In this document: in pieces, positions 38,505 to 49,794 of the stretch | Position numbering within the stretch: the first letter of the stretch is position 1 | Layout of the letters: each line of letters begins with the position of its first letter | NCBI GenBank assembly: GCA_013265495.1 | Contig: MU058059.1 | Coordinates: forward strand, 558,001 to 622,000 | Reading direction: 5' to 3' | From: Vicugna vicugna | Lineage: Eukaryota | DNA length: 64,000 nucleotides | The notes under the pieces: generated by a model | The model's database searches: none | Told to the model about the DNA's origin: nothing | The model's input: only the letters and a program-made list of their open reading frames with translations | Translations under genes and position numbers: made by a program

Positions 38505-39100
38505 TCTGTCTAGAAGGAGCCCTACTTCAAAATGACATCTGCACCCCAATGTTCATAGCAGCACTATTTACAATACCCAAGACATGGAAACAGCCTAAAT
38601 GTCCATCAACAGATGACTGGATTAAGAAGATGTGGTATATTTATACAATGGAATACTATTCAGCCATAAAAACCGACAACATCATGCCATTTGCAGCAAC
38701 ATGGATGCTCCCGGAGAATGTCATTCTAAGTGAAGTAAGCCAGAAAGAGAAAGAAAAATACCATATGAGATCGCTCATATGTGGAATCTAAAGAAAACAA
38801 ACAAAAAGAACATAAATACAAAACAGAAACAGATTCATAGACATAGAGTACAAACTTGTGGTTGCCAAGGGGGCAGGGGGTGGGAAGGGACAGACTGGGA
38901 TTTCAAAATTTGTAGAATTCAAAATTTTACTGACAGGCATGTGTAGAATAGATAAATAAGATTATACTGTATAGCACAGGGAAATATATACAAGATCATG
39001 TGGTAGCTCACAGGGAAAAAAATATGACAATAAATATATTTTGTTCATGTATAACTGAAAATAAATAAACAAATAATCTTTAAAACAAACAAACAAACAA
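38505..39100 (+). mobile_element. Young camelid L1 3' fragment (ORF2 end + 3'UTR)
   Basis: ORF 38486-38791 encodes the L1 ORF2p end (CTPMFIAALFTI.KTWKQPKCPSTDDWIKKMWYIYTMEYYSAIK); 3'UTR of the same family as 3437-3678. Confidence 0.93.
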
Positions 39101-39498
39101 AGAATCAGTGTAATCCTTCTTTTAACAGTGGAATCTCCTCCAGTTTCTTCCTCCTTTTTACCATCCTCCATTGCCTCAAATAGTTGCTTTTGATATTTCA
39201 TTTAGATTTTCGAGTTGTTATTTGCTTGGTGAGGTTGATAAAATCAACTCTGACGTCCTAGAAGTAGCTCACCTAATAACTGTTAAGTGCTCTATTTTGA
39301 TTTTCCCAGTCTGTCCAGAGCCATCCCATTTTTAAGAGGATGGTTCCCACAACTGCATTCATTATATACTCTCTGTATCTTTAAGGAGGCCCCTCTCAAT
39401 AAATTTTCATATCTGCTGTGTTTCTGGAGTCATTTTTCCATCAAAATCCTAATTGTGGCCTGAAGATTTCACAATATCCGGACCTCATCACTATTTTT

Positions 39499-39596
39499 TT
39501 AACATTTTTATTGATTTATAATCATTTTACAATGTTGTGTCAAATTCCAGTGTTCAGCACAATTTTTCAGTCATTCATGGACATATACACACTCAT
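39499..39596 (-). mobile_element. Very young camelid L1 3' end with TSD
   Basis: TSD tcatcactattttt at 39485-39498 and 39597-39610; essentially identical to the copy at 23167-23289. Confidence 0.92.
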
Positions 39597-39614
39597 TCAT
39601 CACTATTTTTAAAC

Positions 39615-40045
39615 TCATCCTCTGTTACTTGCCCCTTGCTTTTGCTCTGCCTCAGCCAAACTGGCTCCTCATAATACACCCAACATGATGGCATCTTCCT
39701 TCCACAAGACTCTTGAACTTGGCAGTCCACCTGCCTGAGACAATCTTCCACCAGTTATCCACGTGTCTCAATTTCTCACTTTCTTTAGGTCTTGCCTCAA
39801 TGTCACCTTCCCCGGGAGGCTTCTCTCACCTCCTCTTTAAACCACAACCCCCATCAGCCCCTGTTTCTTTCTTCCCCCTTTCCATGAGTTGCCATCAGAC
39901 ATAGTTCATGTTACACTGATTTGCCTTCTCTGTTTTCCCACTAGCATTTAAGTTCACTAAAGGCAGGGATTTTTGCCCATTCTGCCCACCGCTGTCCCCC
40001 AGTCTGGTTTTCTCCTGGCAGAGTATTTATCAAGTGAATGAATCA
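39615..40045 (+). mobile_element. L2 LINE remnant
   Basis: taagttcactaaaggcagggatttttgccc...tttatcaagtgaatgaat. Confidence 0.65.
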
Positions 40046-40128
40046 ATGGAGTATATTTCAGGTGATTCCAAGTTATTGCATCTCTTTCTCTGTTAGATTT
40101 TTTTGTGATTCAGCCACTGATCTGGAAT

Positions 40129-40462
40129 TGAGACAGGAAGGGGCCAGGGCACAGCCATTCAAGGAATGCTACAGCAATTAACATCAAATGGTGAAAGATT
40201 CAACCCCCAGTAGCCCTTGAGGCTCAAGATGGTGGGAGATTTGACTTCTAGCAAATCTTGAGCTTCATTATACACTCACTGTAATACATTAACATGGTAA
40301 ATAACATGCCCACAGGCACCACCGCAGTCCCAAGGCTAGCCACAAAAGGTCAAAGAGTGGGAAATGACCAACTTCCTGGGAATCCCAGCCCCTTCCCCAG
40401 ACTAGTTAGACTGGTCCTTCCACTTATTAGCATATGAAGCCACTGAGCCCATAAAAACTGGC

Positions 40463-40500
<38 letters not shown>

Positions 40501-40788
40501 GCCTCTCGGCCGCAGCCCCCTCTCTCTCCCTCTTCAGAGACAGCCCACTCTGTCTATGGAGTGTGTACCTACTTTTAATCTAAGCACCCAACCCCCACAC
40601 CTCATGGCCTTCCTCTTGCCTTTCAATGTATCTCTCTGAATAAATCTACCTTCACTCAACTGTGGCTCGCTCTTGGATTCTTACCTGTGCGAAGCCAAGG
40701 ACCCACACTTGGCGGGCACATCCCAGCGGCTCAACCGCAGCCTGGCACACGGCCCTCCTCACGCCCCACATCCATTTCTCCTGCATCA
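40129..40788 (+). mobile_element. ERV1-class (LTR8/MER4-group-like) solo LTR with internal (CA)n
   Basis: tgagacagg...ca ends, cataaaaa, aataaa (~40640), ggattcttacctgtgcgaagccaaggacccaca U5 motif; (CA)n at ~40465-40498. Confidence 0.8.
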
Positions 40789-41134
40789 GTAACCCCCATC
40801 TCCCTCTTTTCTAGTACTTTTATAAGTAGTTATGATCAAGATCATCTTTTTATAGAGGTCTCATAGAGTTCAAGTCTCTTACAAAATAAGTAGCTCTTGA
40901 GTTTCACTTCCTGATACTTCCTCTGTCTGTCATCAGCTCTTTGCAAAACATTTTGTTCTTGTACTCTTTTTGTGATAAGTTAAAGTAAGCATTCACGAAG
41001 TAGGACCAGATCAGATCAAAGTGAAATGCAAACTGAGATCAACTTTGGGGACAACAAACAGAAGCAGAAGGTTAAAATGTACTCACCTAAAAATGTGGCA
41101 GTTAAAAGTTCTGTTCTAAAAACCAAAACCTTTG

Positions 41135-41335
41135 CATGCATATCCCAACTCTACTACCTAAGAGCTCTATGACTTTGGGAAGTTAATTATGCCCTTTGGG
41201 CCTCAGTTTCCTCATCTACAAAATGGAGATAATAACTGTAATGAGATCTACGTCACAGGGTCGTCATCTGGCTTGGATGCGTGTAAAGTACTGAGAAGAG
41301 TGTCAGGCGCGCGGTGAGCACTAAGTGCTCTACCG
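41135..41335 (+). mobile_element. MIR SINE
   Basis: gactttgggaagttaatt...gcctcagtttcctcatctacaaaatggagataataa. Confidence 0.85.
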
Positions 41336-43054
41336 CTCTGCCTGGGGCCTCAGGAGAGAGCGGGGCAGTGGGTTTGAAAAGGGAGCCCTTTCTGGAAAAT
41401 TAAATTGAAGCCGAGAGAAGCAAATAAAGCCTTAAAGATCAGATGTACAGGAGAAATTGGTGAACCATTTTAAGGGGATCACAGGACCTACAGGCAGGAA
41501 AAGAGTAAAGCAGGGATAGGAAGCAGCAGTCTAGACAGGGTGACACAGTTGACACTCCCAATCCAAAAGGCTCCCCACATCTGAAAGATGTCCCCAGCTC
41601 ACCGGGAAACCGTCACATCCGTACTCACAACCCGACAGCAAACAATTTTTGAGGAAACAAACAGAAGAAGTGGCAACTTGAAAAGAAGGTTATACAAAGC
41701 GGAAGGTGCATGGCAAATGAGTCAAGGGCAAAGGGGTGCTAATGGTTATCTGAATGCAAGAGGTGGTAGAACAAAAGTTGCATGAGGTCAATCAGAGGTC
41801 AAAAAGGCAGAACCAGCCTGGGAAGCTTAAGGCAGGATTAGAAACACAAATTATTTGAGAAAGAGAATTAAAAAAGAGCAGCTTTATTTTATGGATTACG
41901 GCAGCTCCTGGGAAACAGGTAAATTTAGTTTTTGATCTCAATCTGCAACTCCTCTGCCTCTCTCCTTCCAGGCTTCCTGCCTCCCTTCTCCTTAATCTGC
42001 AAGATCTTCACACTGTCCTGCTTCTCCACAGAGCACCCCGCTGACACCCAGAAAGAATTCCATGAAGGTTCTCTTCCCCTCCATCCCCGCTCTGACACGG
42101 GGCCACGATCCCAGCTGGGTAACAGGAGGGCAGTGGCCAGTGAGTGAACATGCACTCCATAAGCCAAGTGCTTCTAACCTCTAGTGCTAGTGCTTCACGG
42201 TGACCTTGAATTATGCCAATTTATACAACATAGGATCAAGAGAAAAAATAAAATTAGGTCTTCCTGAGTGAAACTGACAGGCTCTCAAGTAAGGCCATAG
42301 AGAGCCTATATGATAAAACCAGCCAAACACTGAGACGAAACCAAGAATTCTGGTCTCTAAATATGACTCTTAAGGCAGCTTGTGTTAGAAATGCACTTTC
42401 TCTGAGCTTCTGACTTGCTCTTTGTAGAGCTATTATCCAAACAGCAGTTGTCGTCACAGACTTGGGTATGCAGTGTTTTCCTGGGAGATATCTACGAGGT
42501 GTCTAATGGGATCTCTCTCTGTTTTTAAGGTTACTGAGTATTTCCTGAATAGACAGTTTCATTTAAAAATTTGGGTTTAGTAACAATGTATAAGGCATTA
42601 CTACCTTCCACCATCTTTCAGTGTACAGAGATGAGGCTTTGACAAAATAACCCAGTCACACAGCTCTTAATTTCCGGGACCAGACTTTGCAGGTATCTGG
42701 ATTTCTGTCCAGGGTACTGTCTGCTGTTGGAACACAACTCTCTCGGTCTCCCAAGGGATTCCGAGCCGGACCCTGTGCCCACCACCCCCTGCCAACCCCT
42801 GCCTCTTGTTTAGAGAGGAGCTGAAGTGCCCTGGGCACCCCTGAGTCATAAAGGAGCAGGCCCAAGCAGCTAATGACTGGGACAGTGGAGTCACAGACTC
42901 ACTGTCAGAGGTACACTCCTGAGCTGTTTTACAGGTAACTGCATGATGACCAGATCACTTCCCGAGGCTCCCCTTCAGTAATCTCAAGACCGAGGCTGCT
43001 GCCCCCAGGATCATTCCCTTGCCCCTCCCTTGAATAGAAACCAACAACTATCTC

Positions 43055-43538
43055 AGTCTCAGGAGACAGCTGCAAAGAGAACAAAAACTAGCTAGACCAA
43101 CGAAGCCCAAGATGGTGGAGGATTTGACTTCCGGTGGGCCTTGAGTCTCATCACACGCTCACTGTAATGCATCAGCATGTTAAATGACACACCCACCAGT
43201 GACAGGACAGTTGACGATTGCCATGACAATAACCAAATAGGCCCATAAAAGGATGGAAGACAAGGCAGTTGGCTCCAGCACACCCGGAAGGAGGACATGA
43301 GGGCAGATGCTTCCAGTAAAAGTCCACGTGGCCTGACCAGGGGCTGGAGCTGTCCTGACTGGCCATCTTGGGTGATAACCACCCACTCAAGCGCTTTCTT
43401 CTCTCCTCCTCTTTTGAGACATAAAGCAGCTTTTCACTCTGTCGCTCTGCCTCTGCTGTGAACTCTTTCACAGCCGACGGCTAGAACCCACACTTCGGTG
43501 GGCTTCCTAATCTAGGGGGTGCTCTCTGTCTGCTAACA
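43055..43538 (+). mobile_element. ERV1-class LTR related to 40129-40788
   Basis: Shares caagatggtgg.g.atttgactt....g..ccttgag.ctcat.a.ac.ctcactgtaat.cat.a.catg.taaat.aca block; ends ctaaca. Confidence 0.75.
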
Positions 43539-44587
43539 CCAGGACTCCGGATGTTCCCAAGTCATCCTTTCTCGCCATGTCAGGCTGACAGGCTTGATTC
43601 ACACCAGGATGCCCTCTCGTTACAAACGCCAACTACCTGTCAGGGGGAGGAACTGGATTAGGAAACCTCAGATCTTCTCTACGTCTCCTCAAAAACAGCC
43701 TCAAGGACACTGTTTCATTACCGTTTCCCCCAAGCAGCTTGCACCTGACCTCAGCACCAGCTCTCACTCTCCCCAACGTATGCTTTTTCCTTCAAACTCA
43801 GGCCACATCATTTCTGCTCCATAAACAGAGGTTTTGTCCTGATAACACTTAACCGTTTCACGTAAGTATGCCTGGAAACTACTCCTGTTCCATAACATCT
43901 GGCACACATATCTGCCTGAAATTTTGCTTCTAGAAATTAAAGTGCATCATGGCTCCTCTTCCTTGAATTCTGACTTTCTGACACATCTGCAAATTATTAA
44001 GGAAACCAGGGATGTAACTCTTCGAGTGGCTAGCGTGACACAGTTTGAGACATTTCTGGCTTGTATGTATTTGTTTCACTCCAGTCCCCTTTGGAGAATA
44101 ATTTCCATCGTTAAAGTTCTTGACAATTAATTACCCAGAAGACAAACTTTTTGGAGCATCTTCAACAATCTTCAAGCTCACTTTCAGGACCAGGGGCAGA
44201 AATATTGGGTCTTATCTGGAGAAGAGATGAGATACCCTACTTACTCTTTGTGACATTCAGACACTTACCCTATGACCCAGAGAATTTCCCCCTTGCCTGT
44301 CTGCTCAGCCACAGCATTTGAGCAGATGAAAGTCAAGTTCTGACTTCCTCGGTTTTAGACATGATGTCCAGGCTCTTAAGAGGCTCTGCTAGAACAGTAG
44401 GGAAAACTCTCTCATGATTGAAATCATTCCACCACCTAAAAGAACACACCACCACCACAAGGGTTCTTTAAAACTTGCTCTGTTGAAGAACAGTCTGTGC
44501 AGTAGCAATAAGATGAAGGTCAAAGGGTGGGAAAGTCAGAGGAGTTGGGAGTTTGGGGCAGCTGACATAAAAGCTGTAATATCTTTG

Positions 44588-44887
44588 TTTTTTATTTTTT
44601 ATTTTTTTCATTGAAGTAGAGTCAATGTACAATGTTGTGTTAGTTTCTGGTGTTCAGCACAGTGGTTCAGTTATACATATATTATTACATCTATTCCTTT
44701 TCATTACAGGCTATTACAAGATACTGAATACAGTTCCCTGTGTTGTACAGTAGGACCTTATTGTTTGTCTGTTACATACATAGTAGTTAGTATCTGCAAA
44801 TCCCAAACTCCCAACTTAATTCTCCCCACCCCTTTTCCCCTCTGGTAACCATAAGTTTGTTTTCTATGTCTCAGAGTCTGTTTCTGG
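44588..44887 (-). mobile_element. L1 3' end with TSD
   Basis: TSD aaagctgtaat(a/g)tctttg at 44570-44587 and 44888-44905. Confidence 0.92.
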
Positions 44888-46389
44888 AAAGCTGTAATGT
44901 CTTTGGACGAGTTTATTTGGCTCTAACCTTTCCTGTCAGTAACTTCCAATTGAACACGACCTCTGAGTCCTGTAATGACTAGCTCCCAGCCCAGCCCAAG
45001 CACTGCTTCTTAGAAAGCAGTTCTCTCCGATCTTCAAAATGTCAGCGAACTTTCTTAATGAGATGCCCAGCCTCGTGGCACACCTTAAACGGTCCGCATG
45101 CCAATCATCCTCTTTGGTTCCCAGCGCCCAGACCCTAGCAGGCCGAGCACTCTAATGACTGTGAGCATTCTAAGAGGCTAACTAGCACACTAGACCGGTG
45201 GCAACCCTGCCTTTCCTGTGCAGTCACCATGCAGTGTGTGCTCCAGAAACTTCTTTCCAGCAATGTTACAGGATGTTCTTTTTCACTCTGAGAAGTGAAA
45301 ACAAAACAGGAACTAAAATCGGAGTGTGCAAAGCCATCTGGATCAGATGTGGCACAAACAAGATGGCCTGGAAGCTTCTCCCATCCTTTCTCAGCTGGCA
45401 GGGCTGAGAAAACAAACTCTGTCCAAGTGGAGAGAGGTGAGAAGGGTGACTCTATCCTGTAATTTCTCTGTCAAAAAGCCCTCACCTAAACACACCTAAA
45501 AGCACTCAGCGCTCCCCTGAGCGTCCTACTTCTGCACCGTGTCACTGGGGAAGTCACGGCACAACTTCTCTGGTGTCTTTCTAAGAGCTGCTTTAGAAGA
45601 ATCCCCCAAACAAGTCCCTGTGTCTTTTTCCTCTTTAGTAACTAGGAACCCGGGCATTCACTAGCTGGGCTCCTGAAGCCAACTTGGCGTTATGGGAAAC
45701 ACAGAATTTCAAAGGATATTATTCAAATCCCCGATTGGCTGCTTCTAGCTACATGCCCTTAGGCAAGTTACCTGCTCCACCTATGTTTAAGTTCCTTCAC
45801 CTGCAAAATGGGCACACTGCTGCTAATGCCTGCCTTCCCGCCCCACAAGAGCAATCAAATAAAGCATGTGGACATATCCTACACTATCAGCTACGCCACA
45901 GATGAGTTGAGCACTATTATTTTAAATAGAATGGTTTTATTTTTCTTATTGTAAAATGATACATGCTAATTCTACAACCTTTCAGAAAAGAAAAGAAAAA
46001 CCCAGAAAAACACAGAAAAGAGTGAAAATGTCTGTTTCCAAAGAGATAACCACGATTACATTTTGATACTCTTCCCTCCAGGCAGTCTTTGAGCATACAC
46101 TCCCATTTTACAAAATGGGCACCCTACTATACTAATTATCTATAAACATCCAATTTTTATTTAATGCCATGTGAAACAATGTGAGTTATTATTACTTTTA
46201 CTATAAAAATGAAAGTAACAGAAATGAAAATTGAAGATAGTACAAATATAGCTAGCATATGGCACTTCTCCACTGTGTCAAAGTGAATTATTCATAAGCA
46301 TTTGTCAGAAATATCCAAGGTTACTGAGCTATTCTGGAACAACGGGGTATAAATTCTGAGGCTGAGAGTGCTACATCTTCAATAAAACC

Positions 46390-46725
46390 TGTTTCCTTTT
46401 CCTCCCAGGCACATTGCAAAGCTCTATTTGCATTCAGATGTGGTCATGTGACTGACCACGTCTGTGTTCTAGCCAACAGAACATGAGTGGAAAGGGTATG
46501 TGTCAATTCCAGATGAGAGTGGTTAGGAAGAGGGTGTGTCTTCCCTGTGGAATCTCTTGTTCTATCCCAGCGGCATCAAACGTACCTCTAAGCCTGAGTC
46601 CTGGAACGACCAAGCAGTAGCTCACCTGCTAAGCATACACTGGACTTGACATGAACGAGAAACAAACTTATACTAAGCTACTGAATCGGGTAAGTTTATA
46701 TTACAGCAGCTAGCTTTATCTACCC
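46390..46725 (+). mobile_element. MLT1H/J-like MaLR LTR
   Basis: atgtggtcatgtgactg...ttctagccaacagaacatgagtggaa; tggacttgacatgaacgagaaacaaactt...taagctactga...ttacagcagc. Confidence 0.7.
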
Positions 46726-47671
46726 CAATCAGTGAAACTTCTCACTTATTTTCAAGTTACAAGTACACACTGAATCGTGGACTAGATCTAGAACGTTCCT
46801 TAAATGAAGGCAAAGCTGACATTCATTGAATTTTCATTTCAAAAGTGCAAAGAAAGAATTACCTCTTCTCACTCACTCGGTACAAGTAAATCTCCACCTA
46901 CTCCCTAATTTAAAATTCCTAAATTGCTGTCCCCCAGGTCCTTCTTCCTTTATATGAAATTATGACTTAAAATCCAAATATCCCTGAGAGAGAATACACA
47001 ATCATTTTACTAAATGCCCTAAACTATACTAAGGATGGTGTTAGAGGTTGTGCAAAGAGGTATAAGAGACTCCCTACCCTCAAAGAACAAATTATACTAT
47101 CACAAAGGCAATGAAACTAACATGGATTTAATTACATGAATACCAAACCATATATATTTGCTAGAATATAGATTTCCTGGAAGTGAGGACTTGGTCTTTA
47201 TCTGGCATCTTAAGAGGATCCAGCACATAATAGGCTTTCAACAGAATTTGCTGAAAGACTACTGAATTAAATGAGTAGAGAACGAATGATCAAACTGTAC
47301 ATCACTCTGAACTAGAAGAGTCAGGGAAAGCTTAGTGAAGACAATGGGACTTGGGTTGTGTCCCCTAAAGTTTTCAGAAGAGAAATGTAAGAAATAATTA
47401 CATGTCTTCAGCCCACTGGGACAAACAGGGCTTTTTGCTGCCAAAGTGACAGTTAGGTTATCAACTATTACCTGGGCTCCGGTCAGTGGAGCATTACAGC
47501 CCCCGGCTGGGCAGCCCTGCCCTAAGGATGTGTGGTTCACAGTCGAGGAAGAGGAGAAGCAGACATAGAGTGAGGACTCAGCTTGGACAAAGTCTCTATT
47601 GCACCGTGAGTGTGGACAGTGTTGGGAAATACATTTGCATGGGTGCAATGGAGCAAGATTTGGGAGAACTT

Positions 47672-48090
47672 TAACACCTTTATTGAGGTATAATTTGCAT
47701 ACTAGAGAACACACCCATGTGAAGTGTAGAGTTTGGTTGTAGTTTGTTTATACGGTCGTGCGAGCATTCCCACATCTAGTTTTACGACACTTCCATCACC
47801 CAGCAGTTTCCCTCGCACCTGTTTGCACTCAGTCTCAGATTTTCACCCCCTAGGCAACCAAGACAGCTCTTTTCTCTCTCTGTCCTTTGGCCTTCTCTGG
47901 ATATTTTACATAAACAGAATCACATCATATACTGTATTTTTCTGTGACTGCTTTTACCAAATCACATAGTTTTAGGTTTCCCAAGTTGTTGTACAGGTCA
48001 GTTTCCTTCCTTTCTATCACACTGAGTGCTGTTCCACTGTACACATATACTGTGTTCCGTTTATCAGCTCCCGATTGGTGATTGGCTTAT
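47672..48090 (-). mobile_element. Old L1 (L1MB/MC) 3'UTR remnant
   Basis: ctttattgaggtataatttgcatac...ggcaaccaagacagc...ttttacataaacagaatcacatcatat. Confidence 0.75.
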
Positions 48091-49095
48091 TTCCCCTTTA
48101 GGTAAACATCTGCCACTTGGACCCTGAAAAGGCTCAGGTTTTCACCTCTAGCCCCAATGGACTGTACCCCTCCTGGCAGCAAAGCTGCTGATTTTGTGAC
48201 CAGCCCATGTTGCAAACCACCCTCCCGACCTGAAAGAACTGAAATGGGAGACAGTGCCCCAGCAAGAAAGTGACATGTTCTTACCCGAACGTCTAACACT
48301 TTTTAAAGAATAAATGCTTCAATTTGTTTTCTTCCCTGAGTCGATTTCAAGAGCCCTGATAATGGTTGTTTTCGACAATTCTGCCCAGTTTTATACAAAG
48401 GAATCAATGACCTCTTCCTGCTACTGTAACCAGAAGTCCCCTATTTTCTGAAACGTCTTGATGGTCAGGACACAGAGCTGACTTTCTGTGAGTGTCAATG
48501 GGAAACCATCATACTGGGTCAAGGAGTGAACCAACCGATGTGATACCTCAGAGAAGGTGCACTTGGAGCAGTACGTGGAAAGAGCAGGAGGGGAGAGAGT
48601 TCAACAAGGGGAATCTTGTATTAGTCAAAAAGGAAGGCTTTAAAAAATCTTAAGGCAATGCAATTCCATTCCATACTTGTTGGGTTTGGTTTGGTTTGGT
48701 TTTTGAAAGCATGTTCTATTTCTCAACTGCAAGGCAACTTCCTTGCTACTTAATAGACACTTTTTGAGAATCTGGGATGCTTTCTTTTCTGTTTGTCACT
48801 CTGCCTCCATGCACACCTGTATAGAATACAGTTTGGAGACCTTCTCTGCTCCCTCTGATGTTCAGTATCACCAGCTCTGCTGCAGGTGCTATGCTTTCTT
48901 TGGCCCAGAGGCATCTGCATAGTGTTTCTTCCACTTGGTACTCTCTTTTGTCACCTGGCTTAACGCTTCTCATCCTCCATCTCCATTACAGTTTAAATAT
49001 CACATCCCCCAGGAAACCTTACCTGACATCCTAAGGACCTATCAGTGCAGCTGACAAGCAATATTATAACTGCCTGTCTGCACATCAACTTCTTA

Positions 49096-49235
49096 TTTAT
49101 TCTTTTAATTGATGAATAGTTGATTTACAATGTTGTGTTACTTTCAGGTGTACAGCAAAGTGATTCAGATATACACATATATATCTATTCATTTTCAGAT
49201 TCTTTTCCATTATAGGTTATTATGAAATACTGAAG
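49096..49235 (-). mobile_element. Short L1 3' end
   Basis: tagttgatttacaatgttgtgttactttcaggtgtacagcaaagtgattcag...ttttccattataggttatta. Confidence 0.85.
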
Positions 49236-49508
49236 GTATATCAATTCCTATCATATCTATTAGATTTCCATTCTGGGAGGGTAAGGTCCTCACTGCCTGG
49301 TTTACTGTAATATTCCAAAACTTGATAAACTTTCCTTATCAAAATTGCTTTAATGGGAGGGGGTATCAGACTCCTGTTAGAGGACCAACTCATTATGACC
49401 TCTGATAAATGACAACCTTCCTAAGCCTCAGTTCAGTTTTGAAACATGGAGATAATCTGTATATTTGGTGGGAAGAGAAAGGGAAAGATGCATTCAAAAG
49501 CTCTTCCT

Positions 49509-49719
49509 GGAGGGGAGGGAATAGCTCAGTGGTAGGGTGTGTGCTTAGCATGCAGGAGGTCCTGGGTTCAATCCCCAGCACCTCCATAGGAAAGAAAGAA
49601 AGAGAGAGAGAGAAACCTAATTACGTCCCCCCTCAAAACAACAACAACAACAAAAAACAAAAAAGAATCACTTTAAAAAAAGAAAGCAAAAAAAATTATT
49701 TTAAAAAGGGTATTTTAAA
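49509..49719 (+). mobile_element. Camelid tRNA-Ala-derived SINE with long composite tail
   Basis: A box tagctcagtgg and B box ggttcaatccc; aaaagct(c/t)tt on both flanks. Confidence 0.9.
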
Positions 49720-49794
49720 AAAAGCTTTTCTCTCACATGGTGCCTGACACATCAGAAATGCTTAGTGTTAACTATTAGTCTGGAAACAATCACA

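Noticed and set aside
38486..38791. Well-formed 101-aa ORF (also 15317-15664 and 32168-32416)
   Set aside because: Fragments of L1 ORF2p, not host genes
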